Positions 8,336 to 18,226 of a stretch of 64,000 nt of DNA are shown piece after piece. A model generated the notes under the pieces. It had not been told where the DNA came from and did no database searches. It saw nothing but the letters and a program-made list of their open reading frames with translations. How positions within the stretch are numbered: position 1 is the first letter of the stretch; each line of letters starts with the position of its first letter. Source of the stretch: an uncultured Verrucomicrobiae bacterium (lineage in GTDB: Bacteria > Verrucomicrobiota > Verrucomicrobiia > Chthoniobacterales > JAFAMB01); NCBI GenBank assembly GCA_963837955.1, contig CAWIPH010000001.1, positions 224,001-288,000 on the forward strand. Reading direction: 5' to 3'. Made by a program: the position numbers and the translations under genes.

Positions 8336-10252
8336 ATGCGTTTGCGCTTATCGAACGCCAAAATGGTTGCAGCAGAAAAGGCAAATCCGCGATCTGGTTC
8401 ACTCGTTTCTCGCATTGCCCCCTGGTTCCCGGTCGCACTTTTTCTTTTTGCTCTGTTTTATTATGGCTCCTACGCGCTCTCCGGACTGGATCTAAATGGA
8501 GAGGGTGGCACGATCGCGGTAATCGCGGACCGAATCCGAACCGGATCCAGACCATTCGTGGACACTTTTCTCGGGTACAATCTGCTGTGGTTTTATCCGA
8601 TCGTCTGGTTGTTCCGAGTCTTTGGCCCGAACTTCACCATTGTCCGGATATTCTTCTTTGCCTTATCGATATTCACGGCACTTTTCGGTTACCGGGCCGT
8701 GCTTCGGGCGACGTCCCGCCCTCTGCTCGGTTTGGCGGTCGGGCTGATTCTGGTGCTGATACCCGGTATCCAGTTTCGCAACTATCTACCCTTCTTCGGA
8801 GTAGCCAATCTTCTAGTGATCCTCGAAGCGTTCTGCCTACCGCATCGCGATCAGCGTACACGCCTGGGCTGGGTTTTCGTCGCTGCGCTCCTCGTTTCGG
8901 CTACGTTTCTCGTCCGGATCGACCTCGGCTTGTTTTTTGCCGTCGTCCTGGTTGGCGCTGCTCTCGCCCACGCATTTCTGGGTATCGACCCCCGCCCGGT
9001 GCGTCTCCAAGCTTTGCTAACTACCGCTCTACTGCTTCCGATCACATTCTTCGCATTGCATCTGCCGATCGGGCTTTACGCGCAGGCACGTGGCTTTGGT
9101 GATGCCTTTTGGAACCAGTATACCAGCCAAATTACCGATCTGGATTATCGCGTTGTGCACCTGCTGCCTCAGTCCTCCGCGACGAAGGCGACGCCATCCG
9201 CGACGAAAGCAACACCGTCTGCGGCGAAACCGACACCGTCCGTTCGTTTGGCGCAGCAGTCTTCCGAGACGCTGACTCCGACCGAAAATAATGATCGCTC
9301 GAATCGACCACTGCCCCGTTGGACGGATATGTTCACCAGCAGATGGGGCAAAACCCGGATTCTCGTTTTCCTGATCTATTATCCGATAGTCGCCGGCGCC
9401 ATCATGGCCGGTGCCACCCTGGTGCTGGCCTTTACCAGCCTCAGGAGCGGCCTTTCGACACGCTCAAGACAGGATCTTTCGACAAGCTCAAGACGGGATC
9501 TTTCGACAAGCTCAAGACAGGATCTTTCGACAGGCTCAAGACTGGGCCGAGCTGGAACTGATGCGTTGGTGCTCGGTATCTCGTTGGCTGCAGCCTTTAC
9601 TCTCTTCCCGCAGTATTTTTTCTTCCGCCCGGATCCGCAGCACGTCAGCGAAATGATGTGCGTTTTTCTAGTAGCACTGGGGTGCGCCTGCGGTATCGCT
9701 CTTGATCGATTTCGGTCCGCTAACCGGTGGCTACGGTGTTTACTGATCGCTTGGATCGCTTTGTGCCTAGTCCACGTTTATCTCTACTGTGACTATGGAC
9801 TCGCTGTTCCCTGGATGGGCTCCATCGCTCGGAAAAAACCAAATGAAGTTTGGTTCCAGGCTGACAAGTGCGTGATCGCACTCTTACCTCCGGCGGAGGC
9901 CGAAGAGTGTCGTGAGCTGTACGAAACCGTGAAAACCCACTCGATTCGAAGCGATTACGTAGTCTGTTTTCCCTACGCGCCGACCGTAAATTTTATGACT
10001 AACCGGCGTTCCTACCTATATAATCTTTACGTCGACAATGCGACCCGGCCACTTAATTTCGACGCAAAAGCTATTGCCGATATCGAACAATACCGGCCTG
10101 CTGCGATCTTGGTGAACGATGATCCGATGAATGTCGTGGAGGCCTCACGATTCAGTGTTTGGGCGGCCACCACGTTTGCCTATATCCAGCAACATTACCG
10201 TTACGCCGGCACTTTCCGGCGCAATGACGTTTATCTGGCGCCGGAAAAGTAG
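8336..10252 (+). CDS. Polytopic membrane protein, probable GT-C/ArnT-like glycosyltransferase
   Basis: Many TM helices, GEGG loop after first TM then PFVDTFLGYN, soluble C-terminal domain; start uncertain (8336 or 8363). Confidence 0.6.
   Translation: MRLRLSNAKMVAAEKANPRSGSLVSRIAPWFPVALFLFALFYYGSYALSGLDLNGEGGTIAVIADRIRTGSRPFVDTFLGYNLLWFYPIVWLFRVFGPNFTIVRIFFFALSIFTALFGYRAVLRATSRPLLGLAVGLILVLIPGIQFRNYLPFFGVANLLVILEAFCLPHRDQRTRLGWVFVAALLVSATFLVRIDLGLFFAVVLVGAALAHAFLGIDPRPVRLQALLTTALLLPITFFALHLPIGLYAQARGFGDAFWNQYTSQITDLDYRVVHLLPQSSATKATPSATKATPSAAKPTPSVRLAQQSSETLTPTENNDRSNRPLPRWTDMFTSRWGKTRILVFLIYYPIVAGAIMAGATLVLAFTSLRSGLSTRSRQDLSTSSRRDLSTSSRQDLSTGSRLGRAGTDALVLGISLAAAFTLFPQYFFFRPDPQHVSEMMCVFLVALGCACGIALDRFRSANRWLRCLLIAWIALCLVHVYLYCDYGLAVPWMGSIARKKPNEVWFQADKCVIALLPPAEAEECRELYETVKTHSIRSDYVVCFPYAPTVNFMTNRRSYLYNLYVDNATRPLNFDAKAIADIEQYRPAAILVNDDPMNVVEASRFSVWAATTFAYIQQHYRYAGTFRRNDVYLAPEK
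9452..9547 (+). repeat. 4 x 24 bp in-frame tandem repeat (ctttcgacaagctcaagacaggat)
   Basis: Units start at 9452, 9476, 9500, 9524; encodes LSTSSRQD-like repeats. Confidence 0.95.
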
Positions 10253-10435
10253 CCTGATGCTCCAGCCTCAGGGACCCAACCGTCCGCAAGCCTGAAAAGG
10301 TCAGACCGTTGACTTCATAGACGCATTGCCCTGGGTTCCAGAGCCGGGAGGATCAGGCTACGACATGTCTTCTGCCGGTTTGTCGCGCGTAGCGGAGAAC
10401 TAAGGAACGGACGCATCGAGCGCATTCCTATTGGG

Positions 10436-11326
10436 TCATTTCACAAAGCTTCGGAGTAAGGCCAGGTTCACCCGATCTTCTGCCAAATCTTCCTTTTTCG
10501 GTGTCTCCAGAACTTTCGGAAGGTGTGCGAACCTCTCAGAGCGCATGATTTCTTGGAACGGTGCCTTCCCGATTTTCCCTTTGCCGATATGATCATGCCG
10601 ATCGACTCGAGACCCGAGGGGGGTCTTCGAATCATTCAGATGCCAAGCGGACAAACGATCGATCCCGATTTCTTGGTCAAATTGGTCGATGGTCCGCCAA
10701 AACCCTTTCGCGGTACTGATGTCATACCCGGCGACAAACAAATGGGCCGTGTCGAGACAGACCAGCAGGCGTTTGGGGTACCGGCAAGACGCGATGATGC
10801 CGGCAAGTTGACTAAAGGTGTGCCCGAGAGAGCTCCCTTGTCCGGCCGTAATCTCCAGCGCAATCTTGCATCGAGCTTTCGGCAGTCCCGCGAAGACCGC
10901 GTCCAGACTCTCCGCTACAAGCTTAATGCCAGCATCTACACCTGCGCCCAAGTGGGCACCGGGATGCAGGACGAGAAATGGCAGTCCAAGCAGCTCAGCC
11001 CGCTCCAGCTCCATTTTTAGAGACTCTCGTGATTTTTCGAGGATATCCTCCCGGTTCGTCGCCAAGTTGATCAGGTAGCTGGTGTGCCCAAACACGATCT
11101 GTGGCTTTTCCGGATAGGATCGGAAAGCAGCAACCTCCGCCTCCGAAATGGGCTTGGCAAACCATTGCATATTGTTCTTCACAAAGATTTGAATTGCGGT
11201 GCAGCCAATCGATCGACCGCGCTCAAGGGCTTTACTGGGGCCACCTGATATCGACATATGAGCGCCAAGCAAAAGTGGTGCCTGCTTCTGAGAACGAGGA
11301 GTCTTGGGGGAGGATGCTTTCGCCAT
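10436..11326 (-). CDS. nfo: Endonuclease IV (deoxyribonuclease IV)
   Basis: GAHMSISGG, HTSYLINL, LVLHPG, LEITAGQG, CLDTAH, HLNDSK..GSRVDRH, LETP. Confidence 0.96.
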   Translation of the reverse strand: MAKASSPKTPRSQKQAPLLLGAHMSISGGPSKALERGRSIGCTAIQIFVKNNMQWFAKPISEAEVAAFRSYPEKPQIVFGHTSYLINLATNREDILEKSRESLKMELERAELLGLPFLVLHPGAHLGAGVDAGIKLVAESLDAVFAGLPKARCKIALEITAGQGSSLGHTFSQLAGIIASCRYPKRLLVCLDTAHLFVAGYDISTAKGFWRTIDQFDQEIGIDRLSAWHLNDSKTPLGSRVDRHDHIGKGKIGKAPFQEIMRSERFAHLPKVLETPKKEDLAEDRVNLALLRSFVK

Positions 11327-11676
11327 GGTGTAATTTAAAAGGATTCAAAGGGACACAGCAGCGTAGCCGCATTCACAGCGATTAGTGAGAAGTGATTTGT
11401 GATTGGACGAAAATCCTCGCAACGAAACCCGGATGAACAAGGGTCTGGAAACGTACCACCACGCGGCCAGTTTCTTCTTTTGAACAGGAGGAAACAGAGC
11501 AAACGGAGAACCAAGTTTCGGTCTCCTCCCATGAGGAAGAATCCAGATCTCTAAACAGAAGGTTGCAAAGTTTCAGCCCAGTACGAAGCATCGCCTGAAG
11601 TTAGATTTCGTTTGTAGAGATGCGTTCAGCAAGTACCCGAGAGGAGCACAGCACCTGCAGTGACAGCCGCATGGGG

Positions 11677-13969
11677 CTATTTCTGCGGGCCAATGATCTG
11701 CCATTCCGGCGATTCGATGGTCCCGATGACGCGCGCGCGCAGAGCCTCTTCATCTAGCGAACCTGAAAGATCAACCAAACCTCCCAATATTCCAATCGAA
11801 CCCGTCAGCTGCAGCGAGTGGCCGGTACTCCACAGTTTGAGCAGTTCAATTGTTACAGTTTCGCCCGCGGCTTGGAATTGTAGGTCGACAGCAGACGGTT
11901 CTTGCAGTCCGGCTGCTCGCAGACGGCCTACGATCGGCTCAAACAACGGAGCGTCCTCGAATCGAGCCTTTGCTAAATGGAGCGAGCCGGTGACGACGGC
12001 GACGGAACCCTTTCGATTCGGTTGCCGTAAAGAGAGTGTGCCGGTGAGCTGTCCTGAATAGGGTTTTAACCAGTGCGACACATGTTCTAGCTTCGCCAGA
12101 TCAATCTCGTTGAAGCGCAGGCTTGCTTCGATCATCGGGTTGTCACCGGTGAAAGTTGCGTTTGCGTTCGCGACGCAAACACCAGTTCCGAGCGTTCCCT
12201 TGCAATTGCATAAGGCGTACATCCTCCGGATCGACCTGGAACTCGCCATCACCGGCGTCAAAAGGAAGTTCGACAAAGCCCCACCGAAACGTAAACGGGT
12301 CGGCGGAATGGATCTTCACGGAAAGGGAGCGAGCTGGAGTTTCTCCAGGTCCACTCACCGTTTTTAGAGTTATCGACGGCGCAATGTTGCACCGAAAAGC
12401 ATCGGTAAACAGGGTGAGCCTGGGATCTACCCAGCTGGCTAATGCAGAAGGATAGATGTGCGCCTCAGCATTGATAGACGACATTTCGTGATCGAGGAGA
12501 TCGTAAGTAAAATTGCCGCTGCCAATTCCTTCATCTCGCGCCACCTGGACATTTTCGACAACGACCTTGCCACTTCCGATTCGGAAGGAAGCCGAAGCGG
12601 AGTCGAGAAATACCCCGCGAAACCGGGTTCTCCCGAGCCAAGCTTGGCCCGATCCGCTGACGTCCTCTGGTCGCGGTGAGATTCCGGACAACGAAAGTTG
12701 AATGACCGGCGGCGCAATAAAATCCCAGGCGGCACAAATGGACCGCAGCTCCTCGGGCAGCAACGGGCTGACCGCGGCAGGATTCAACGCAGATTGGACC
12801 CGCAGGCGGAACTCCTCCGGCGTGCGCAGAATTTCGCCGGTCAAAGTGCCGGATCGGTGAGTTACTTCGGCGTTAGAAATCATCCAAGCTTCGCCCTGAC
12901 GGGAGAAACTCGCCCGCAGACTTTGAAACGGGATTCCTTGCACAGCGAACCGTTCGAAGTTCAGCTTGCCGATGAATTGCAAGGTTCCATCCCGTTGAAG
13001 CGTCCCCGTCAACTCAATCTGCGGTGGCGCGTTAAACACCCAGTCTCGCAACCAGCGAACTCGAGGTTCGTCTTTCAATAGCCGCCCGATATCCAAAGTG
13101 CTGCGCGCTTGGAACTGTTTCTTTCCGGATCCGAAATCCCAATCCGCCACGGCAAACAATTCGCCCTCCGCGTCCTGGACCTGGCAATGGCGAACGCGCA
13201 AACAACGATTCTGATAACTGAAATCGGCAGTCAAATTTCGCAATTCGTCGTCACCGTGGATCAGTCGTTGCGCTTCCAAATGGCCGGCATCCAGACGCCA
13301 ATCCGCCGGGTTCATCATGTCTGCTTGAAACGAGAACTTCATCACGGGCGGTTCTCCGGGGTAATGAACGGACTTCAGTTCATGAAGAATCTCAGTGATG
13401 AATCCAAGACGCGCGCTGGATGAGTCGGGATCATGTTCCTCAGCCAGGATGACGGCGGGGAACGATTGCGGATGCAGAATCGTTCCGCTGGCATCGAACC
13501 GGATTCCGTAAAGCTTGCCAGAGGCCTGGCGGATCTCGATGCGCCCCGCCAAAAAATAGATACGCGCGTTAAAATTAGTCAGTCGAATTTTTTCCCCCGA
13601 CGGTTTGCTCGGATCAAGTGGAATCACAATCCGCGCGCCGCGCAGATCCACGGCATTTAGAGCCGGTTCGTGCTGAAACAGATTAGCGTAATTAATGTCG
13701 AGCGAGATGTTGTTGATCTGGGCGAGAAGCGTATCGCCGGATTTGTTATCGAAAATCGCGACATCCCGAGCGATCAGTCCGTGGAAGGGATCAAGCGTCA
13801 GCTTGCTCACATCAATCGAAAGGCCGTACCGATCGAATTCTTTTTCGAGCAAACCGCGCCACCGTTTCCCAAATCCTCTCGCATAACCGTACCAACTGAT
13901 CCAGACCGTTGCTGCAACTAACAACACGAGGAGTGGCCACCGAATGATACGAACAATGCGGCCGAACAT
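11677..13969 (-). pseudogene. AsmA-like envelope protein, split by a single-base frameshift near 12197-12199 (possibly an assembly error)
   Basis: N-terminal TM anchor at ATG 13969 then beta-rich repeats; frame 1 (..LMQLQG) continues as GTLGTG.. in ORF 11677-12276, which has an AsmA-type C-terminus (ARVIGTIESPEW). Confidence 0.65.
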
Positions 13970-14064
13970 TTTCCGATGATCGGCCAAAGTTGGGAAAAGG
14001 AAAGCCGGAGATTCAAACTCAGTCCTTCCACTTTGGCCCGGCACCTGCTAAAGATAGAATCCCG

Positions 14065-14757
14065 ATGATTCAACCGAACTGTCGGGCGCGGTTTACCGCG
14101 GAAGACTTTAACTTCGTTGTCCGCGTCCTCGGGCGAAACCAAAGACAATCTGTCAGCCTGGTAGACCTGCTCACTGACCCGGAAATTCGCGACGAAATCC
14201 TCGACCATGAAGCGCTGTCGCGCGCCGTGCTTGAAAATCCAGGCAACTTGGTCATTTCTCCGCAGTTCTATTTTTATATTTTAGCCAGACTGGTATTGCG
14301 AAGGACACAAATTGACGACCGGACAATGGCCGATTATCTGGCCGCGTTGCTGGAGAAGTTCTCTCAGATGAGGCAATGGTCCGCTCCGGTCGAAGCTATC
14401 CAAACGGCTTACGTCTCGGATCTGCTGGCCGCCCTGAAGAGCGCCTCATCGTATCAGACCTTCTTGATTCGAACTTACATCGGCAATTATTCGCTATTTC
14501 TTACCGGCATCTTTTACGAAAATGTCGAATCTCGGCGGCAACGGGGCGCTCCGAGTTGCTCTTTTTACGAAGAACTCGGTCGCACGAGTTTTCGCAGCGC
14601 GGCGTCTCATGATGTCGCCAAAAGATTTCAGCTTACCGATCTGTTTGAGCAATTGGCCGAACAATTCCGGGAATGCCGCATAGCCTTGAACCGCCTGGCG
14701 GACGAGCTGTTCGATCTTGGCGATCACCGGTACCAGCAGCCGATTATCTCGCTATGA
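14065..14757 (+). CDS. Conserved hypothetical protein (helical; IGNYSLFLTGIF..FYEELGR motif)
   Basis: ATG 14065 (MIQPNCR); ATGA overlap with next gene. Confidence 0.8.
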   Translation: MIQPNCRARFTAEDFNFVVRVLGRNQRQSVSLVDLLTDPEIRDEILDHEALSRAVLENPGNLVISPQFYFYILARLVLRRTQIDDRTMADYLAALLEKFSQMRQWSAPVEAIQTAYVSDLLAALKSASSYQTFLIRTYIGNYSLFLTGIFYENVESRRQRGAPSCSFYEELGRTSFRSAASHDVAKRFQLTDLFEQLAEQFRECRIALNRLADELFDLGDHRYQQPIISL

Positions 14758-15458
14758 ATCCGACTCTTTTCAGCGAGGTGCAGCGCCTATTTGAGCGGAC
14801 TTACGCACACGTCGGGATCAATCTGGAGGATTGTTTAATCGATCGGTCGCGGTGCGGCCAATTAACTCGGTTGGCAGGCGCTGCTGCTCATGAGCTTAGC
14901 GACTTGGCCCGCACTTTTTTGCGCACAGCGGATGATCGCCTGTACGTCGGTATTTACTATTCTAGCTGGTTGATCGAACAGCTCGAACGCCATGATCCAC
15001 GCATCGGGCTCTCCGATTCGAACATCCAATCCTTGATCATGTTTGTTGAGGAGATCAATCACGCGTTGCACGGCGCGTTACAATTCAAAGCCGGCTTACG
15101 TCGAATTGATGGCGAAGATTTCGCACGCAACCTCGAACTGCAAGGACTGGTGGATACCTACCTGGTTCTACTCCTCTTCGTGGCCTTTTTCCGCCGAACG
15201 CAAAAGGTTTCTCGTACCGACCGTCGATGGCTGCGATTTCATCTTTTCGAGTCGCGCTCGGGCGACGCCTACCAAGATCGCAACCTGCGCGCACGCTATC
15301 TTGAAACCACTGAACTGGCCGGCAGTTACACGCGCTATCTGGACTCCCTGAACGGGGCACGTCGTCTCGATGAAATTCGCAACTTTCATGCGCTGAGTTA
15401 CGACGAGAAAAGGCGACATATCCTCACGCTGATGAACCGGCCTGACGGGGCTGAGTGA
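14754..15458 (+). CDS. Conserved hypothetical protein with zincin-like EEINH..ELQ motif
   Basis: ATG 14754 overlaps the upstream stop; motif FVEEINHALH..NLELQGLVD. Confidence 0.8.
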   Translation: MNPTLFSEVQRLFERTYAHVGINLEDCLIDRSRCGQLTRLAGAAAHELSDLARTFLRTADDRLYVGIYYSSWLIEQLERHDPRIGLSDSNIQSLIMFVEEINHALHGALQFKAGLRRIDGEDFARNLELQGLVDTYLVLLLFVAFFRRTQKVSRTDRRWLRFHLFESRSGDAYQDRNLRARYLETTELAGSYTRYLDSLNGARRLDEIRNFHALSYDEKRRHILTLMNRPDGAE

Positions 15459-15491
15459 GAGGTGATTGGTGAGAAGTAATTGGTGATTGGT
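15454..15491. repeat. Heptamer tandem repeat (ggtgatt/gtgagaa type)
   Basis: gaggtgattggtgagaagtaattggtgattgg; same type at ~11382-11407, 46545-46578 and (inverted) 47015-47050. Confidence 0.8.
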
Positions 15492-15529
15492 TCGCCGCAT
15501 TCCGGATTCCACCCATTTCTCAAGGCTGA

Positions 15530-15690
15530 GGCGCGCCGGAGGTTGCGTTAAACGTCGCCGTCTTTCTTAACCCGCGCCGGGCTTGAACCGGATGCGCAAA
15601 TCAATCCGCGTTGTCTCTAGGTAAGCAAGGTACGAGGAGCTAGACACAATGGGCATATCGGCGGCCCGACTGCTGGGCGGTTTAAGCCGT
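15530..15690 (+). repeat. Divergent family B element (structured repeat)
   Basis: ggcgcg..cgcgcc and ggcttgaaccg..cggtttaagcc helices homologous to the 40.1 kb array. Confidence 0.6.
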
Positions 15691-15743
15691 TATCTGAGCG
15701 GATCCGAAAGGCGCGGGCGAAAATTTGGCCGCCGGCGCAAGGC

Positions 15744-15783
15744 CAACCTGCAACTTGCAACCTGCAACGGGTAACCTGTAACC
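15744..15783. repeat. Heptamer tandem repeat (caacctg)
   Basis: caacctg caacttg caacctg caacggg taacctg taacc. Confidence 0.85.
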
Positions 15784-15795
15784 CGCCCTCAGCGA

Positions 15796-15824
15796 TTGAC
15801 CCCGCCCCGCTCTTCCTCTACAAC
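15796..15824 (+). promoter_or_regulatory. Putative sigma70 promoter
   Basis: TTGACC-17bp-TACAAC, 9 nt before ATG 15834. Confidence 0.45.
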
Positions 15825-15833
15825 GCATTCAGC

Positions 15834-16712
15834 ATGAAGATTTGGATCAATCGATCGGGCCAAAACCTGGGCACTTTTTCGCTAGAAGAAGTCCAGCGTG
15901 GCCTCGACCAAGGGCAATTCGTCGCTACCGACCTGGCTTGGCAGGACGGTATGGAGACATGGAAACCATTGGCTGAATTCCCCGGGGTTCGGATACCGAG
16001 CGTTGCTGTAGAACCAGCTCAAGTCTATCCAGTGGTACCGCCGCCGGGTCACGAAATCATCGAGTCCGGTCAACCCTCAGTCGCACCGGCCTGGGAACGC
16101 CGACCGGAGGTTAAGCTCTTCCCGGCCTTCTTTATCACTATTCGCGAAGCGCTTTTCGAACCCGGTCCGACCTTTTCCCGGCTGCCGATCAACGGTCAGC
16201 TGATGCGACCGACCACTTTTTACCTAATGCTGCTCTTGATTCAGTACGCGCTGATCTATCTTTTTTATGCGGTTTATATCCCGTTCGCGAGCGCCACAAA
16301 CGGACTCGAGCGCACCGGGGTGTCCATCGGCGTAGCGGAAGCCGTTCTCCCTTTTGCCCTCCTGCTGGTGGCTGCGATGGCCATTGGCTTCAACTTCGTC
16401 GCCGCCGGAATCTTTCATCTCATCCTCATGATGCTGGGAGGCGCGAATAAGGGCTACGAAGCGACTTACAAAGTGTTGTGCTACGCGAACTCGGCGCATC
16501 TGTTCGCTTTTGTGCCCTGCGTCGGATCAATCGCAGCGATCGTGTTTTTCTACATCTCGAGTATCATCGGACTGCAGAGAGCGCACGGCACCGAAACCTG
16601 GAAAGCCGCAGTGGCAATGTTACTGCCAGGCGCGCTCTGCTGCATTACGACGGCCGGGCTGTTCGCCTTTTTCGTTTTCGCGGTCTCGCATGACTCACGG
16701 TTTTCTTCCTAG
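15834..16712 (+). CDS. GYF_2 (DUF4339) domain + YIP1-family membrane protein
   Basis: GQNLGTFSLEEV..DLAWQDGMETWKPL; Pro-rich linker; 5-TM region with YEATYKVLCYA, GLQRAHGT. Confidence 0.8.
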   Translation: MKIWINRSGQNLGTFSLEEVQRGLDQGQFVATDLAWQDGMETWKPLAEFPGVRIPSVAVEPAQVYPVVPPPGHEIIESGQPSVAPAWERRPEVKLFPAFFITIREALFEPGPTFSRLPINGQLMRPTTFYLMLLLIQYALIYLFYAVYIPFASATNGLERTGVSIGVAEAVLPFALLLVAAMAIGFNFVAAGIFHLILMMLGGANKGYEATYKVLCYANSAHLFAFVPCVGSIAAIVFFYISSIIGLQRAHGTETWKAAVAMLLPGALCCITTAGLFAFFVFAVSHDSRFSS

Positions 16713-17134
16713 TGATGCGGATTCAAAGAGTGAACGGACCCTGTCCACCGGGACAAATAGACTTTGAAGCATGGTTTCTTTTTGCCTCGGTGTTGCTGGC
16801 TGCAGGATGCCTTTGCTGGCTTAGCCTCGGTTTACCCTGGCCGCACTGCTGGGTCCGGCACACTTTTGGAGTTCCCTGTCCTACTTGCGGCTCAACGCGA
16901 TGCGCACTCGCGTTGGCCCACGGAGACGTGCGTTCCGCGCTCTTGCTTAATCCGATGATGTTCGCGATCTATTTTGCAGTGGGATGCTGCGACCTGTACG
17001 CGGTCGGCGCACTCTGGTTCGGAGTGCCGCGGTTGCGCTTAGCCAGCCTGCCAACCAAGGTCAAGCAGATATTCGGCCTGCTCATCATTATCGTGGCCAC
17101 TGGTAACTGGATCTATCTTCTTACTAACCGCTGA
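16712..17134 (+). CDS. DUF2752-family membrane protein
   Basis: C..RHTFGVPCPTCGSTRCALALAHGD...ALLLNP. Confidence 0.85.
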   Translation: MMRIQRVNGPCPPGQIDFEAWFLFASVLLAAGCLCWLSLGLPWPHCWVRHTFGVPCPTCGSTRCALALAHGDVRSALLLNPMMFAIYFAVGCCDLYAVGALWFGVPRLRLASLPTKVKQIFGLLIIIVATGNWIYLLTNR

Positions 17135-17917
17135 TTTTCGAATGGGTCCGATCTCGAATTCCGGACTGATTTCGTTTTGCGCGGCGCAATAAAGCTCCAG
17201 AGCATGCAAGCCGAGTCGATGCATAGCGCTCAGCGCTAACTCCGGGGTGTTACACTCGCGGCTCAAATGCCCAAGGATTACCCGTTGTAAATTCTCGCTG
17301 GCAAGTTCCGCAACCAAAGCGGCTGCGGCCTCATTGGAAAGATGGCCGTGCCGGGACAGAATCCGCTGTTTTACCGACCACGGTCGCTTGGGATCGGCCT
17401 GAAGGCGCTGTTCGTCGTGATTGGTCTCGATGACGAGCGTGTGCACTTCCCGGATCCGTTCACGCGCAAGCTTGGTAGCGTAACCAAGATCGGTGAGAAA
17501 TCCGGCTGAACCATAATCGCTCGATAGAACAAAAGCGACTGGGTCAACCGCATCGTGCGGAACATAGAACGTCTGCACGTCAATATCCTGGATCGTAAAG
17601 GACGAACCGGTGGAGAAAATCTTATACCGGTTTGCCTCAGCAATACCCTCTCGGCAGAGATACTCTGCGGTAAGGGAGTTACAATAAATGGGGACGGCAA
17701 ACTTGCGGCAGAAGACCTTTAACCCGGCGACGTGATCACCGTGTTCATGAGTCAGAAGGATGCCATCGAGCGACTCCGGTTCGACGCCGACCGATCGCAA
17801 CCTTTGGGTGATCTGCCTGGCGCTGAAACCCGCGTCAATGAGGACCCGGCAACGACCAGAGGTTACCAAAGCACAATTACCGCCACTTCCACTGCCGAGC
17901 ACGGTGAGCTTAAACAC
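17039..17917 (-). CDS. MBL-fold metallo-hydrolase (YycJ/WalJ-like)
   Basis: LGSGSGGN, THEHGDH, PHDAVDP, ETNHD, GHLSNE; GTG 17917 preceded by AGGAG. Confidence 0.9.
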   Translation of the reverse strand: MFKLTVLGSGSGGNCALVTSGRCRVLIDAGFSARQITQRLRSVGVEPESLDGILLTHEHGDHVAGLKVFCRKFAVPIYCNSLTAEYLCREGIAEANRYKIFSTGSSFTIQDIDVQTFYVPHDAVDPVAFVLSSDYGSAGFLTDLGYATKLARERIREVHTLVIETNHDEQRLQADPKRPWSVKQRILSRHGHLSNEAAAALVAELASENLQRVILGHLSRECNTPELALSAMHRLGLHALELYCAAQNEISPEFEIGPIRKSAVSKKIDPVTSGHDNDEQAEYLLDLGWQAG

Positions 17918-18226
17918 TTCTCTCCTTGTATCGCATGACTCAGCCGCTGCCAAGCCCGATCAGCGAAAAAACCCCAACAGGTTGTGTTTTTACAAGCTGC
18001 GGAACCCAAGGGAGGCTATTTTCGGAATCGTGAAGAAGTAGTGCATTGATAGCTGTTGGCCTCCGATCAGCCCGACTGGTTCGCCGAAATGCGCTGGACA
18101 AAGAAGAGAAGCCCCGGGAACAACCACAGACCTTGGCATGGAAATTAGTTAGCCCTGTTTCTCAAAAAATGGTTGCCATCCCGACAGTTTATCTGGAGTT
18201 ATTGGCGTATCCCCCGTCAGCTGTAC

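Noticed and set aside
9176..9238. 3 x 21 bp repeat (SATKATP)
   Set aside because: Ordinary low-complexity linker with synonymous divergence
9452..9547. Mini CRISPR
   Set aside because: Contiguous 24-mers with no spacers, in frame inside a CDS
18132..18150. Sigma54-like TTGGCATG upstream of adk (similar on the minus strand near 31530)
   Set aside because: The -12 GC is missing at the required spacing
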